64,000 nucleotides of DNA from Schmidtea polychroa (GCA_044892525.1 CM097885.1:2296001-2360000); one strand, 5' to 3'. Shown: positions 26,187 to 40,080, counted from the first letter of the stretch. Program-made: numbers and translations. The notes: a model not told the origin generated them from the sequence alone.

Positions 26187-29100
26187 TTATTCAAGAACAT
26201 ATTGATGTTCCCTTTCATATGGAAAGTGTGGGTGACCATAATCATCATTTGGGAAATATGGTTGAACGTATTGATCATTTTCTTTGTCCGGATCACTAAC
26301 TTCAGCATTGTTACTATGACCCATAACCGTGTTAACTATTTTATAATGACCATATGCTACACTTTCATTTTTATTTACCCAATGCCTCTTATCATCATTA
26401 TTAGTTAGGGCTAATTTTATATTTTTTATTGTGAATAACTGATGATTTTTACTTACTATTCGAGATTGTGGTACTGAAATCATCGAATTATTATGATAAC
26501 AATCAAGGTACGATTGATGTTTTAAGTCGGTACCCTTCAATGTTATTCCCTTAGCCTTGTTGCTCTCTTTATCACCCAAAAGGCTATAGCATTTAGGCCT
26601 TAAAACACCCATTCCTTATATCTACCCCCTTTATTTTCATCTTTGAATTTACCAATGACGGAATCAAGAGCTCTTGAATATAATTCATGAGATGAATCAT
26701 AATTCGATGTATCCAGTATGTTATCTCTTACCATAGCTGGTAAAAGCACATCTAATTTGCATCCTTTAACCTCTAAAAAGAAGGAATCAGTGTCACCTGC
26801 AATAATATTGATTTCACAGCTAAAATCATCTCGATATTTTTGTAAATCAATATATTGCAACTGATACATACGTAATTTGGATAGATCCAGTACAGATTGA
26901 CCAATGTAACTAGGTCTATCCAAACACACTGAATCCTTATTTAATAGAACGGCTATTAAGTCATGATCTATTTTATAAGTCTTTTTAAATGTGGGTTTAG
27001 AGGAATAAGTAATCAGTTTAGAAGCTGAGTTACACAATCTCAAGTTCAATCGTTTCTTCAAATTTTCGACTGTCTTTCCATATAAACTATTGTTAAGAAG
27101 CTTAAAATAGTTTTTATCAAAAGTATTTGTTGACACAGCTCGAAGTTGGGTGTTTGTGTCAATGTAATTTTTGAATATAGTAGACTGATGAAATTTGATA
27201 GCCCTGTGAATTTGAGTAACTTTTACTCCAAGAGAAAGATAAAGTTGTAGAAGTTTCCAATGAAGAACATAGTTCTTCTTGGGTAAATGTGTAAGCATCA
27301 ACTTCTCCACTTTAGATCCTGGAGCACACATTTTTTCAGCTGCAACCGGAAAATCATTAAGTTTATCGTGAATAGATGTTGGAATATCTAGATCCACTTC
27401 CATAGTATACCCATATGAAAGTGAATCTAGATCAATAGATTCACAGTCTTTTAATAAATTAATTAATTCAGGCTCATCCGTCACCCAAGAAAATTCACCC
27501 CTAGGTAGTTTTTGGCTAAGAGCCCAGCCGTACAAATTATTAATATCGAAATATAGAAGTTCAGTATTTTCATTTGTATTAACATAATGTTTGTTTACAA
27601 ATGTCAACCCCCCCCCCTCTTATACCACTCTCAAAGAAATTAAACATCTCCATGTCTTGAATTAACTCGATGGGTTCGTCTAAAGTCATCAGAGCTGAAT
27701 TCCAAGACATACCGGGAATGCCCAAGAAGTTTAAAGGTTCAAGACGATTATGAGCTAAAGATTTATTTCGAAACTGCTGGAAAAAGTCAGCTAAAAGAAA
27801 GACATCTAGTTTTAGATAGACCATCATATAATCACAAATGTTATTACAGTTGGTTTCCCTCCATATAATTTCAGCCATAGAATATTCGTCTTCAGTAACA
27901 CCATCCCAAATTGGCGGTAATTGGGGAGTTGACCGAAGCACTTCGAGACTAGTGGCAAAATTATATGGGAAAATTCCTTTATTATTAACAATGGTTCCCC
28001 TAAATTCTGATCGTGTTATCGGTAAATTAGTAAGAGTTTTAACAGCGTCATTTAACGAACTATTAATAAATTGGCAGGAATCGATAAATTTAATATTTAA
28101 ACCACCTATTCTCGCAGATAATGTTAAGAACTTTTCAGTTGTCGTTGGAATGCATGAAATATTCCAAGATTTAAAGCTACTCAATCCGTATTTGAGGATA
28201 TGATGAAGATCATACCCTCGCAAGTTATGGAAAACAATTGGAAATTCATATCTTATTTGACGAGAATTATTACAAGTTGAACAAGCTGCTCCCAAATATT
28301 TACCAGTAAAGTGATCATGATCTTTAGACGGGTTTACTAAAGTTTTCTTGCAAAGATAACACATAACTGCGGAAGAAAAAGAAATAAGGTCAGCATCTGT
28401 AAAAATAATTTTCTTTTTCGAATTTTTATAAAAATAAGGTAAAACTGTTTTCATACCAATTTTTTCAATCTCTTTAAGGAAACTAACAATTCAATCTAAC
28501 CCTAAAAAACTTTTATATAATTTAGTCCCTGTGAAATTATTTATTAGCAAAAGGCCTGCAGAAATCGGCAAGTGCCTTTGAAAGTATCTATTATAAGTAG
28601 GTAAGATAGCCTCAAAGTCAGCGTAAACCACAAAAGGGGGAGTAACTGTTTTAGACCAATCATTAAAATATAAATTCTTATTTAATGGTAAAGTATATAA
28701 AGTTGTTCCTAATTGATTTTTCTCACATAAACCTTTATGTTTATCTAAAGATTCAAGTGTACGGAAGCCATTTAAACAGCGATTACACCACAGACTTTGA
28801 ATTCGAGTACTAGTAACAGTAGAATTACGACAATTTAAAAGTCTATCAAGATTAGTGACTCCTATATAATGAAAAGAATCACTGCTTTCCAACAAAATTA
28901 AATTAATCGGTCTTCCGCCTACAACTTTCGATCTATGTATGATGTCAACATAAGGATGTTTTAATACTTCAGAATTATTTAAAATATCCACTAAAGCATC
29001 CTCATCGTATGCAAGAACATTAATCGAAAGCCCTGGATTTTTATCTTCAAATTTAGGTATATTACAAAGACGCATCGGTAAGTCAGAAGGATCAAAGACT

Positions 29101-31268
29101 AGATCAGACAAATTATAATTACTAATTCGATTTCTATGATTGCCATCAACGTCATCGTATTTCAAAATAGCCAACATGCTATAGATGAAACACAAATCAT
29201 CCGTATTGTTGATATTTATTACGCAATGTTTATTTAATAATGATTTAGGAGTTGGATGAGAACCCCTCCCACTCAATCTACTTATTTGAGAAAATTTTGT
29301 AATAACAAAATGTATTTCTTTAATTTTATTAATAATCCAATTACTTACCTTTTCATTAATTAAAGTAATTTTCTCATTGAGAATAGCAATACCTTCATCT
29401 AAAAAGGTATCACTCATGGGTCTTGCAGAATTTGAAATGACGAAAGATTGAAATTCTCCATCTTTTTCAAATTCCACTTCGATACAAAATTGAATCTTTA
29501 CAGAACCCATTTCTCTGGTAACATTATTAAATTTAAGGGCGTGGGTACGGTTAAAGAATTTAAATTTAAATTTTCAACCATCATTTTAACTATGGCATGT
29601 GATTTACGTAAATCATAATTTACAACCGGTTCTAATGATCCACCATATTGTATCGTACTATCATTAATTATTTCGGCATCAGAGTCAGAAAGAGTTATTA
29701 TATCAACTCCATTTTGTGAGTCAGATAGAAAATCTATATCCACATCATTTTCAAAATCAGGAAGAGTTACCATATTATTTAAAACTACATCATCGTCTTC
29801 AGAATCCGAGAGAATAATAATTTGATCATTATTATTTAAATTTTTAATTTTAGATGGACGAGGGTTACTTATAGGCAAATCAGATTTCCTTTTATTAATT
29901 GAGAAATTATTTGGTAATTTAAAAATTTGTTTTTTCTTTAAAAGATTAAATCGATTTAAATGATCTTTATGTTGATCATAAAAGTTAGAATAATTTAATT
30001 TTTCAGTGGAATTACAAATGGGGCAAACAAAATAAATAACACGGTTATGGGGTTGGCCATAGTACTTTTCCATAGTTTTATGACAATCTTTGTCATGAAA
30101 GGATGAATTACAAAACTTTGGATATAAGATACCTAAGTTTCAAAAGAAATTATCAAAGGATTGCATTATAAATAAAAATGAATATATGAAAATGAATATA
30201 TGAACATCACAAATTGATTATTAGAAATAAATATTTAAAAAATCAAAAATACTATACACACACATAAAATCTTTCATCCAATAAAATTAAAATGATTTGT
30301 TAAAAAGAATCTAATTGGTCAACTCGATTTTTAAAATTAATATATATACTGAGTGCATGAAATTATTATATTTAATGATGCAACAATATAAAAGTAATTT
30401 TATTATCATTATCTAGTATTGCTTAATTATTATTCTAGAAAGTTCAGTGAAAAAGATGGAGAAACAAGTAAATTCAGATATAATAAAGTTAATTCTACAG
30501 GAAAATTCAACATCGGCAGTTAATCTTATTAGAAAATCTCCTGTTCAGTTCCTACAATATTCTATGGAATATTTTAAATACCCAATAACTTATTCATTTA
30601 AAGTAAATATATTTATATCATTTAATCAAATATTAATTAAATTTTTTATTAGGAACCTGTAACTTTGAAACAGAGTTTATATAATATACAAATAGGTAAA
30701 ATTGGAGATATCGATAGAAAAAATATTTTAAAATTATTGTTGGCTATCAATAAAAATATTGCATTAAAATTTTTTTTTATTGATAAATTTAAATTGATTA
30801 AATAAAATAATTAAATTTAAATAAAATCATAAATTATTATTATCTTATAAATTCAAAATTGTTTTAATTTTTACTTTGAGTAAATTAAATTAAATTCAAA
30901 TTTGTAAAATAAATTAAAATGAAATATAATATTTAAATTAATATTAATTTAATTAAAATGAAAATATCTTTAAATACTAAAAAATATATATAATACTTAC
31001 ATTTTATCATGTTTGCATTAATTTTCTTGGAATTATTTCGAACCATTTTATCATTGTTGGTGTTTAAGTTTTTGTTGTTCATGTTATTTGAGTGGTTGCA
31101 AATCTTGCTATTGACGTTATTCATGTTATTTGAGTTGTTGTAATTGTTGTTGTTGTTGCAATTCATTACCTAGAAAACATTATAAGAGAATTATTAATTA
31201 ATTAATTACATAAAACTTACAAAAGTTTGGGTATTGATAAAAGTGACTTTTAAATGAATTGTTTTCAT
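26187..31268 (-). pseudogene. pPolB of Polinton-2; predicted exons 31268-31221, 31169-31001, 30132-26187; disrupted
   Basis: Fragments 29498-30073, 28491-29510, 27579-28454, 26600-27607 and 26187-26612 are collinear with the element-1 pPolB. In-frame TGA at 28491; frameshifts at ~29505, ~27610 and ~26605. Confidence 0.92.
30447..30800 (+). pseudogene. Truncated homolog of the 5824-6415 gene, antisense within the predicted pPolB intron
   Basis: QFLQYSMEYFKYPITYSFK|gt..ag|EPVTLKQSLYNIQIGKI aligns with EFMQYKLNYLYCPISYTFK|EPVTLEKCFYNVRLSKI. Confidence 0.7.
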
Positions 31269-31433
31269 TTATATACTACATATTACACAACAATGATTCA
31301 ATAAAATAGTAACCAATAAAATTCAAGAAACCAATCACATAATCACATACCATTAAATTATATTTACTAGTAGAATGACATAAAAAATTACAAACTAACA
31401 AGATAATATTTATTTGATTAAATTTTCTTATAT

Positions 31434-31819
31434 TCAAAGATCTTTCATTGACTTCAACCACGCTAAACAATGTTGCCCACATGTTTTTGTCAATCGACTT
31501 TGATAGCGAATTTTATTATATTCAATTGGCATTAACAATGATTGAAGTTTTGATATTAATAGAGGAGGATAATAAAACCCCATGGGATCAAATGCATATA
31601 TTTTTTCCGGTTTCACATAAACTGCGAGCCAATGCTCTCCCTTGAGATTACAAGATTGAGTATTTACAATTAAAGCTTTGTTTACATCAATATATGGTAT
31701 TTTATCTAATGGAAAAACTCCAAGAAATTCAGCTCCGAACAATCTTCGACCTATGTATTCAATCTGAATAGAACTATTATCAATAAATTAAAGTAATAAA
31801 AATGAAATTCTTACTTCAT
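31434..31819 (-). CDS. Adenain-like protease, 2 exons (31819-31815, 31773-31434)
   Basis: GEHWLA, FDPMG and TCGQHC motifs. A 41-nt intron follows ATG AA, at the same position as in element 1. Confidence 0.9.
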
Positions 31820-31881
31820 TTTTAATAATTATTGTTTCCTAATTTGGTTTATAGTTCAAGCCAATCATTTTCAAACTTTAT

Positions 31882-33110
31882 TTACACTAGTACTGTACGA
31901 TTGGATGTAATTTGAATCTCTTTTTCAAAGACGCCATAGACTATTACAGAAAAATCGATTCTGTTAGAGGTGTTCCAAATTTAATATCAAGTCTTAAATT
32001 TCCTTGCTGTGGCAATTGAGTTTGATTAAGATCAAAGTCTGGAGCCAATACAAATGTAAAGAATGGATACTTTTCTTTAAAGTCAGACATACTAATTCCA
32101 CAATTAATATTCTTATTAAGGTAACCCATGTTTCTAATTATTGACTGCATATAACTTGTACTATAATTATCATTTTCAAAATCTTGACTATATTTTTCAC
32201 GATAGTCGCTTCCTTTCAATAAAGTTATTGATTTTACATTATTGTGGTCGTACATTGAATAAGAATTTGTTAGTGATCCATTATTTCTTTTATTTCTTTG
32301 AAATGTTACAAGGATAAAATTTGGTAATTGCCGATCACCAAAGATTTGTTCTTTATAAAAAGAAGAAGATCCAGTAGGTAACGAAAACTCGACAACTTCC
32401 TTGCTTCTCAAAGGATAAATTGCATTTCTTGAAGCAAGTCCAATTTGATGACCAGCTAAAACGGATGGTTCAACTCGAACTCTTCTTACCATTAATTTTG
32501 CATCTAATAATTCAATTTTAGGTTCTACTTTTGTACATGTTAAACTATGTGATGGACTTGATCTCGTCAATTTAATTTGGACACTAACACCAGGTAATAA
32601 ATATTTTGGTTGATCCATAAAATCAAATTGTATTGGTGAACATAATGAAAATGGTTTAGATTTTGCAATCCACGTTTTTCTTATATTATCATCTTCACTG
32701 TACCCCATACCTTCTAAACATGTACGTTTTGTATCATGATTGTAATTTAATATGGTTTCGATTAATGCTTTATGAGCAAATGTATCATTTCCTCCTTCAA
32801 CTTTAATAGAATTAAAAATTAATTCAGCTTCTTTAAAAAGAGTTTGGAAAAAGAAATTGTTTGCAGTTACAATAGAATCATCAGAAATATTTTCACCTAC
32901 ATTATTTACAACTTTCAACTGAAGATAAAGTAAAGTATCATTCAAATCTAAATATTCGGTTTGAGATCCGTTAATGTAAAATTGAATTGAAGAGGTACCA
33001 GTATCCGTAATTGAATTCGTTGGATAAATATCTTCAAATGAACCATGCTCAATTACTGCTTGAGGTGATGGTCTATCACAAATACATAATTCAGATTTTG
33101 CACTAATCAT
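31882..33110 (-). pseudogene. Major capsid protein with a frameshift near the C-terminus (~31950)
   Basis: Homologous to 11804-13027. The missing tail VIVYGVFEKEIQITSNRTVLV* continues in another frame. Confidence 0.9.
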
Positions 33111-33508
33111 TTTTCGAATATAGTTCCAAAGCCTTTCATTCTTTTGTTTATATGCTTCTTTAATGTTTTTCTGCGTTTAATCATTCCACCTTTTTGTTCA
33201 TTCTCTTGTTTATTAAAAACATCAGATACTTTATTAATTACAGTAGGCAAATGTTGAATTACATCAGGTAGTGAATGTTTAATTTCAGATAAAACATTTG
33301 ATTTTAAAGCAGGTAGAATTTTTGAATTGTTATTTATTACATCATGTGCAGTTTTCATACCAAAATTACCTATGCGTCTAAGAATTGGTAAAGCAAATCG
33401 ACCTATTGTTTTTAACCAACCTGTTCCATATTGTTTACCAACAAAATATGGTAAATCTCCACCAGATTGACTATTACTATAAAAGTTTACAATATCAGGA
33501 TTATTCAT
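33107..33508 (-). CDS. Small virion protein (homolog of 11439-11807)
   Basis: QSGGDLPYFVGKQYGTGWLKTIGRFALPILRRIG. Confidence 0.78.
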   Translation of the reverse strand: MNNPDIVNFYSNSQSGGDLPYFVGKQYGTGWLKTIGRFALPILRRIGNFGMKTAHDVINNNSKILPALKSNVLSEIKHSLPDVIQHLPTVINKVSDVFNKQENEQKGGMIKRRKTLKKHINKRMKGFGTIFEK

Positions 33509-34532
33509 TTATTTTACGAAAATGTAGTGTTAAATGTGTTTTGGTGTCTTTTGAAAATTTAACTAAATTTCCACTATCGTTGCGAATATTAATTTCAATG
33601 TTGTTTATAGATGAAGATGAAATTGGAAGGTACATTGGGTTCTTTATTTCTAACTGTACAACCTCTCCCTGTTCATATCTTTTAATCCATATCGATTTTA
33701 ATAGAGGAACTCTTACATCACCAACATTTATTGGTTCAATGATATTAGAATAAATAAACATTTGTTGATGAATTTTAAATATTTTTGGAATTTTCACACC
33801 AAAAAAGTCTTTTTCATTATAAGTTTGATTCTTTAATCCTAAAGCTTTTGTTAATTTTTGATCAAAGGTAATATTTGAAATATCATCTACAAGTGTTATT
33901 TTTACCAATTCTTGATTTTGAAGATGTATTTCTTTAAATGGAGATGGATTAATTGTCATTAAATACCCTCGCAACTCTGATAAAGTAGTTAAGAATAATT
34001 CATCTTCAAAATAATGTTCGAATTTTGTCTTGATATCATAATTTATAGTTATCCCAATTTGTTCAATGATATTATGTTCAGTAAATTTAGGTAGTTTAAT
34101 TCGACAATGGTCAGTTTTGCTAATGATTGATATGGTTTTTAATTCAAACTTAGATGCATATTTGGTGTCAAGAAATGATATTTTAAATGGAACATGTGGA
34201 CAAACTATCACTAAGTTTTCATATCTTTCCAAGAACACATCAACATCTGGATTATATGTAGAATTTAAAATTTCTAAGATTTTGTTTTGATTATCAATTT
34301 TCAAGTATTTAGTTTCTTCGCATGATTTTTTAAATTCGTATTGTACCCATGAATTACTGTAATACGGAAAATGATTATACACAAATGTAAAATCAATCAA
34401 AGCTACTTCCCACTTCCCATTCAAATAAATTGGGTTTTGAAATTCAACTTTAAAATTACTAGCATTATTATCAGGATAAATAAGAGGACAACTATTACTA
34501 GGTAAAATCATATAAAACTGGTTTTCCTTCAT
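33501..34532 (-). CDS. Minor capsid protein (penton / PZ-like)
   Basis: FYMILPSNSC...LNGKWEVAL...LTLHFR; homolog of 10379-11446. Confidence 0.87.
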   Translation of the reverse strand: MKENQFYMILPSNSCPLIYPDNNASNFKVEFQNPIYLNGKWEVALIDFTFVYNHFPYYSNSWVQYEFKKSCEETKYLKIDNQNKILEILNSTYNPDVDVFLERYENLVIVCPHVPFKISFLDTKYASKFELKTISIISKTDHCRIKLPKFTEHNIIEQIGITINYDIKTKFEHYFEDELFLTTLSELRGYLMTINPSPFKEIHLQNQELVKITLVDDISNITFDQKLTKALGLKNQTYNEKDFFGVKIPKIFKIHQQMFIYSNIIEPINVGDVRVPLLKSIWIKRYEQGEVVQLEIKNPMYLPISSSSINNIEINIRNDSGNLVKFSKDTKTHLTLHFRKINE

Positions 34533-34537
34533 AATAT

Positions 34538-35661
34538 TTATTTAATCAATTGGTTTTCAGATATCCAGCTAGGATGTTTATAACCATGCCATTTCACATA
34601 GTATTGTTTATATTTCCCGTCCGATTTAGTTTTTAAAATCTCTTGAATTCTGAAGATTGTGGGTGATGGAATGACTTGTAGTTCTGGTTCGTAGAATTTG
34701 CCACTGACTTGATCGTTTTCATTCTCTGTAATAAAGTACATGACCGGATTTTGATTAGTATCTATTTTCGATATTTTAAAAACTTCATCACTCCAATTGT
34801 TATCCAAAATCCTTGATGAATGGAGAAGCACTGATTTTACTTATTCTAACATGGTCTCCTACTTTATATTTCGGCTTTTTTGTTTTTGATTTATCTTGTT
34901 GTGATATCCAAGTATCAATATTATTTGTTGAATAAATATCGATTGGTCTCATTCCATTTATTCCTCTATGAGGTGAAAAATTGTAACTATAAATTATTTT
35001 CGACAATACATTTATCCACGTTTTATTGCCTTGATATACAAAATATTTTTTCAAACGATCTCTTAAAGTACGATTGAATCTTTCCACGTGCGCTGCTTTA
35101 TATTGTGAAAATACTGAGTAATGATTTATTCCTTTTATAATTTCTTTAACTTTGCTATTATAAAATTCTTTACCAAAATTTAAAATTAATTAAAATTATT
35201 TAATTTATAATTTTACCCAAATCTATTTGTAAATTACGAGGCTGTCTGTCAGCAAATAATGTTTTTAATGCATCAGCCATTTCATTAGATGACTTAGATT
35301 TTGTTGGGATAGCACGAGCGTATCTACTAAATACATCAATACATGTCAAAATATATTTGTATCCTTTATTAATTTTTGAAAATGGAATCATTTCCATTAA
35401 ATCCATTTGCCATAAATCATTAACACCAAATGTTTTATAAGATCTCGTGGGGAATTTTTTTAACATTGGTTTATTTAGACTGTAGGCTAATTGATTAGAT
35501 AACCATTTTTAAGTTTCTTTCTTTGATTTATTTACTCTTTTTGCAAGTTTTTCTACACCACCAAAACCATCTGGATCTTTCGGGTTTGTCCAAATCGTTT
35601 TGAGTTTTTTCTCTAATATTTTCTTCTTTGATTTGACCTTTTTGGAAAATGTTTCCTTCAT
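34538..35661 (-). pseudogene. Integrase-chromodomain, disrupted
   Basis: Fragments collinear with the element-1 integrase. TAA near 35510 and a frameshift near 34805. The intron after DLG (~35216-35175) has a TG instead of AG acceptor. Confidence 0.9.
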
Positions 35662-35731
35662 TATTACAACATGATGTTAATATATTTAAATCTAAGTTAT
35701 GTTTATCCGGTAATGAATTCTTAGCACCCAT
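35528..35731 (-). CDS. Small MGxxxS protein overlapping the integrase start (homolog of 9248-9475)
   Basis: MGAKNSLP...TSCCNN...RSRWFWW in the same genomic position as in element 1. Confidence 0.6.
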   Translation of the reverse strand: MGAKNSLPDKHNLDLNILTSCCNNEGNIFQKGQIKEENIREKTQNDLDKPERSRWFWWCRKTCKKSK

Positions 35732-35828
35732 TATGATATTATATTTTAAGAATTTAATGAGGAAATTGTGCTTATAGCCGATAATACAATTGGAATTAAT
35801 GTACCTAAAAATCCGCCTTGTTGTTTAT

Positions 35829-38800
35829 TAGGGTGGGTCGAAAATTTTTTTTTTCTCCAAACATGCCTAAAAAGTTGTGCTTATGCTAGAAAATGAAATA
35901 TCCCTGCAAAAGACTGCTGTTTAAAAGGGTTTACAGGTCCCAACTTTTGTTTGTATGTATTAGTACTATCCCAGTAAAAATGCTCGCACACGTGCCATTG
36001 TAAATTCATCCTGCAAGCAGTCACACGCTTGCAGAAAGACCATTTTTGACATGCTCTATTCACAAGTCCAAGCTAACGCGTGCATGTATAGAGAGGTTAA
36101 TTCACGGAAGCACCTTCACACAAGCACTCACAAAGACAATTTCTTCTGAACAATACTAACACACACACTACAGTCAACACATAATCCACATGGATACTAC
36201 TAGTCAGTCTAAACTCAGATAATTTAATTTGTTTCGATTGGATGTCAAGTGTTTGCTGGACCTAATTAAAAAAGTTAACTTGATGATTCACTTTTATTTT
36301 GCCAGAGCTGAGTACAGAAGAGCAGTTATGAAGGGACAGAGAAATAAGCAATTTCGCAAAACAAGAAGTAAATCACGTCATTGTCTGTTTGGTCAAACTT
36401 GTGAACTACCCAGAAACCAATTACCTACTTGTGAAGATGTGTTTCGTGATTACTGTTACAATGAGAAATGTACGCAATTTCATACTGGCTTTAACGAACA
36501 AGCAACTCTTCTCGCAAATAAGGTGAAGGAAATTTATATGAAGGCAAGTATCCCAACTGTTGAGTTCAGTAGTATTGTGGTTCGTGTCAAGCGACTAATA
36601 TCAAAAGTGCGTGAATTAGAGAGGTATCCAGAATGCAAGAGGTCATCTGCCAAATTTCAAGATAAGTTAAGTTCGTTTTCCAAATTGTTTGACATATGTT
36701 GCTGCAAATGTTTTAATGATGGTGCTCGTGGAAGAAGTCAGTGTACATGCCGGTTGGCCTTGAAAATTCCTACCTTAGAGTGGGAGTTCTGGATTGACCA
36801 ACAAACTACCAGAAACATGAAAATCGGAAATACGGACAGACAGGAAACCTCAAAATTGAAGAGAAAACAAACGAAAAGCAGCCCTACAGGAAAAGGAAAA
36901 CAAATGAAAAATGAAATAATGGACACTGAAGTTAACGATCTACATCCGACCTCAAGAAGTGACACGGAGAGTGAAGCCGCTAGTGATGAAAGTAAAGATA
37001 AGTTAGACAATTCAACAGAAAGCTCAGAGTCAAGCGTAGAAGAATGTGATGAATTTCAAAATAGAAGACATTATCCTGAATTAAGTAAAGCTGTTGACAG
37101 ATGTGGTGTGAGCAACAGAGACACGTGTTTGCTAGTAAACGCTTTTCTGAAAGATATGGAACTGTTATCCTCTCAAACAATCATCGATCCCGCAAAATTA
37201 CGGCGTCAGAGAAAGTACTGGAGGGAGAGAGAAATTGAACAGCATTCAGCAGAAGCGAAAAACTTGATTTGCCTCGGTTTCGACGGGAAACAAGATTCCA
37301 CCTTACTTCATAGAAGGATCCTAAAAGAGGAGCATTATGTGATTGTCGCCTTTCCAGGGGATACATATATCGATCATGTTGTACCTCAAAGTAGTAAAGC
37401 TGTGGATATTGGCAAAGAAATCATGTCAATCATCGTTAGCACGCAGTCCTCACTGACCCTTCAAGCAATTGTGTGCGATGGAACCAATACAAACACCGGA
37501 AAAAATAATGGAATAATCAGAAGACTCGAAAAAAGCCTAGGGCGACCTCTACAATGGCTGATATGCTTGTTGCATGCAAATGAATTGCCATTCAGGAAGT
37601 ATTTTTCAGTCGTCGATGGTGGAGAAACAAAAGGTCCAAAAACGTCATGTGGTGAAATAGGAAGCGTTCTTGATTTTGATCCAAAAGACAAGCCCGTAGT
37701 AGCCTTTATGTCCCTTCCTGGAAAGGTCGTAGATATTAGTGAAAATGTCAAGAAAGAATTGAACACTGATCAATTGTATTTCCTCAGAGTATGCTTGGCA
37801 GTCCAGAAAGGGTACCACAACAACAAAGATGTCCCTTTTCTACAAATGGCACAACCAGGAAATTTGAATCACAGTCGCTGGCTAACGAAAGCTAATAGAA
37901 TTCTGCGACTATATATGTCCGAAACTGCTCCATCTGAACCTCTCATGCGAATAGTGAAATTTATTGTCAATTTCTATGGACCGTCATGGTTTTATATAAA
38001 GACTCACTCGTCATGCCAAGATGGTGCAAGAAATATTTTTTATATGCTCCAACTTCTGCAGGATTTGGATCCATCAGACCAAGAAATCATCTTTCCTATC
38101 ATTCAGAACAACAATTACTTCTCACATCCAGAAAATATACTCCTAGCTGCTGTTGGTGATGATGATGAAGAAATCAGAAAGTTTGCAACAGAAAAAATCA
38201 TAACTGCAAGACAAAATTTTCTCCCTTCCGAAGTGATTCGCACTATGGACAAGAATACTGTCTTTCTTCAGTCGTCTGCTACATCATATGTTGACATGAT
38301 TGACTGGACAAAATGTAATTTGACGCCTCCCCCTCTTTTATCTCATATATTGGATCATGAATTGAAGATGAATAAGAAAATTACATTAGAACATTTCCCT
38401 GTCATTCTCAAGCCGTTGAAAGAGCCATCAAAGATGTTTCTTCTGCCAGTTGCAAAGTGTTTGGTCACAAGTCCAGACATGGTATGGTACTACTGTGTAA
38501 AAAATCAAGGAAGGAATTGCCCAAGGTGCAAAGCAAAGCTGATTTCATGTGACTTCTTTTTATGCCCTCGCTAATACATTTCTAAACTTTTGGCTGGATG
38601 TTTTTAATAAAAAATAATTTCGAAAGTTGATTTTTGTCTTTGAAAAGGATAATTCAAATTTGGCCTTTCCTAATCACTGACGTTGTCAGGATATATTTCA
38701 ATGCGGAATGAGGACACAGAATATACTATCTCAGCCCAAGAGAGTAAATAATATACTTATAAGCTCTTAAGAAAGCTACATCTAAATATGGACAAAGGCG

Positions 38801-38999
38801 CAAAACACATTCCGACACTAGCCAAATTACATTGTTTTCACACTTATGTTGAACTGCATTTTCGGAGAAAAGTTGGGAGCAGTAAATGTCCATAAATCTA
38901 AGTAAAATGGTTTGATTCGATTTTTCTATACCAAAATACAACTTTTTAACCATGTTTCCTTTCTTGAACTCAAAATTTATTAACATTCGACCCACCCTA
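35829..38999 (+). mobile_element. hATm-type DNA transposon, 3171 bp
   Basis: TIR TAGGGTGGGTCGAA with 8-bp TSD TTGTTTAT (35821-35828, 39000-39007). Confidence 0.9.
36229..38552 (+). pseudogene. hATm transposase, one frameshift near 38395; 5' end uncertain
   Basis: GFDGKQD, CDGTNTNTG, WLICLLHANELP and SRWLT motifs. The catalytic-E segment PCHSQAVER is in a shifted frame ending at TGA 38552. Confidence 0.85.
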
Positions 39000-39441
39000 T
39001 TGTTTATACATTATTTTTCTCATTAGATTTCGATTTTTTGTGTTAACTAATGATAAAAGAGATTTCTTATGTCTTTTTAATACAAACCTTTTAGCTTTAC
39101 TAATATTTACATTACCACGAACTATGTTAACAATAGCTTCGAGTAAATCATCAATAACAAATGATGGAAAAGCTTGTAATATACTCATCCTTTTATTATT
39201 TGGAGCCTTTAGCAAGGCGTTAAAATATGGTAAGCTACGTTGTAATTTCATTGTTAATGATGTATTTTATTAATTAATTTGTTTATAATTTAATCCAACT
39301 CTTCTTTTTCATTGATTTTTTAGTCTTATTTATAGTTTTTTCTTTCCGTTTAGTATTTCTTTTGTTTTCTTTCTGCTTTGTAACTTTTCACGTTGAACTA
39401 TAACTTTTTTAAATGACATTTTTAAATAATAATAATGTATT

Positions 39442-40080
39442 TCATTTTTGTTTATAAATCGTAACACCTTTTTCATTGATAATATCTGTTCTAACACGTA
39501 AATCATCTGGACATTGTTGAGTAAAATCGAAAAATAAATACCCATGTGCTATCTTTGTTGCATATTGGAAGGATTCCATTAAATATCTTCTATCATTAGG
39601 ATAAGCCTGTCTTGCGAGAAAATCAATTATAGTTGCGTCTCGAGGATTTTTGAAAATAACTAAATATTGTACATTCAAATTACGCGTTCGATGACTTCCG
39701 CCTTGATGAAATAAATTTTGTGTTATAAAAATAACCGTTACTCCGATATGTCTACTGGTTTTTGTAAATAAATTATTAAAATCTTTCTCTTTATTTGCTT
39801 CCTGATATAATTCATCAATAATTATAGCATCACCTTGATGTAATCTAGATGACCAATTTTTATCAAATCCCTTCATTATATTCATTTTTAATTTACAAAA
39901 CTGATCTTGTGTCATACCATGCTCGTCATCAGCTCCCTTATGCCAGTATATTTTATTAAATTTTGATTTGAACATATTCGATTGTAATAATTTACAAACA
40001 AATAAAGTTTTTCCACTACCACTGGGACCTACAATTTGATAAACGGCATCATTTCTTAATTCCATCTTAATTAATCTCAT
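39442..40080 (-). CDS. Packaging ATPase of Polinton-2
   Basis: GPSGSGKT, IIIDE, SRH and ITQ motifs; close homolog of 8066-8692. Confidence 0.93.
   Translation of the reverse strand: MRLIKMELRNDAVYQIVGPSGSGKTLFVCKLLQSNMFKSKFNKIYWHKGADDEHGMTQDQFCKLKMNIMKGFDKNWSSRLHQGDAIIIDELYQEANKEKDFNNLFTKTSRHIGVTVIFITQNLFHQGGSHRTRNLNVQYLVIFKNPRDATIIDFLARQAYPNDRRYLMESFQYATKIAHGYLFFDFTQQCPDDLRVRTDIINEKGVTIYKQK

Larger units (their letters stand above)
35746..39419 (-). pseudogene. Basic core-like protein (homolog of 8711-9244), interrupted by hATm
   Basis: RSLPYFNALLKAP...KIMYKQ on one side of the insertion and QQGGFLGTLIPIVLS on the other. Extra stops in the 5' part. Confidence 0.85.

Noticed and set aside
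35829..38999. TA-flanked Tc1/mariner or Sola assignment
   Set aside because: The TA belongs to the TIR, and the true duplication is 8 bp (TTGTTTAT), consistent with hAT.
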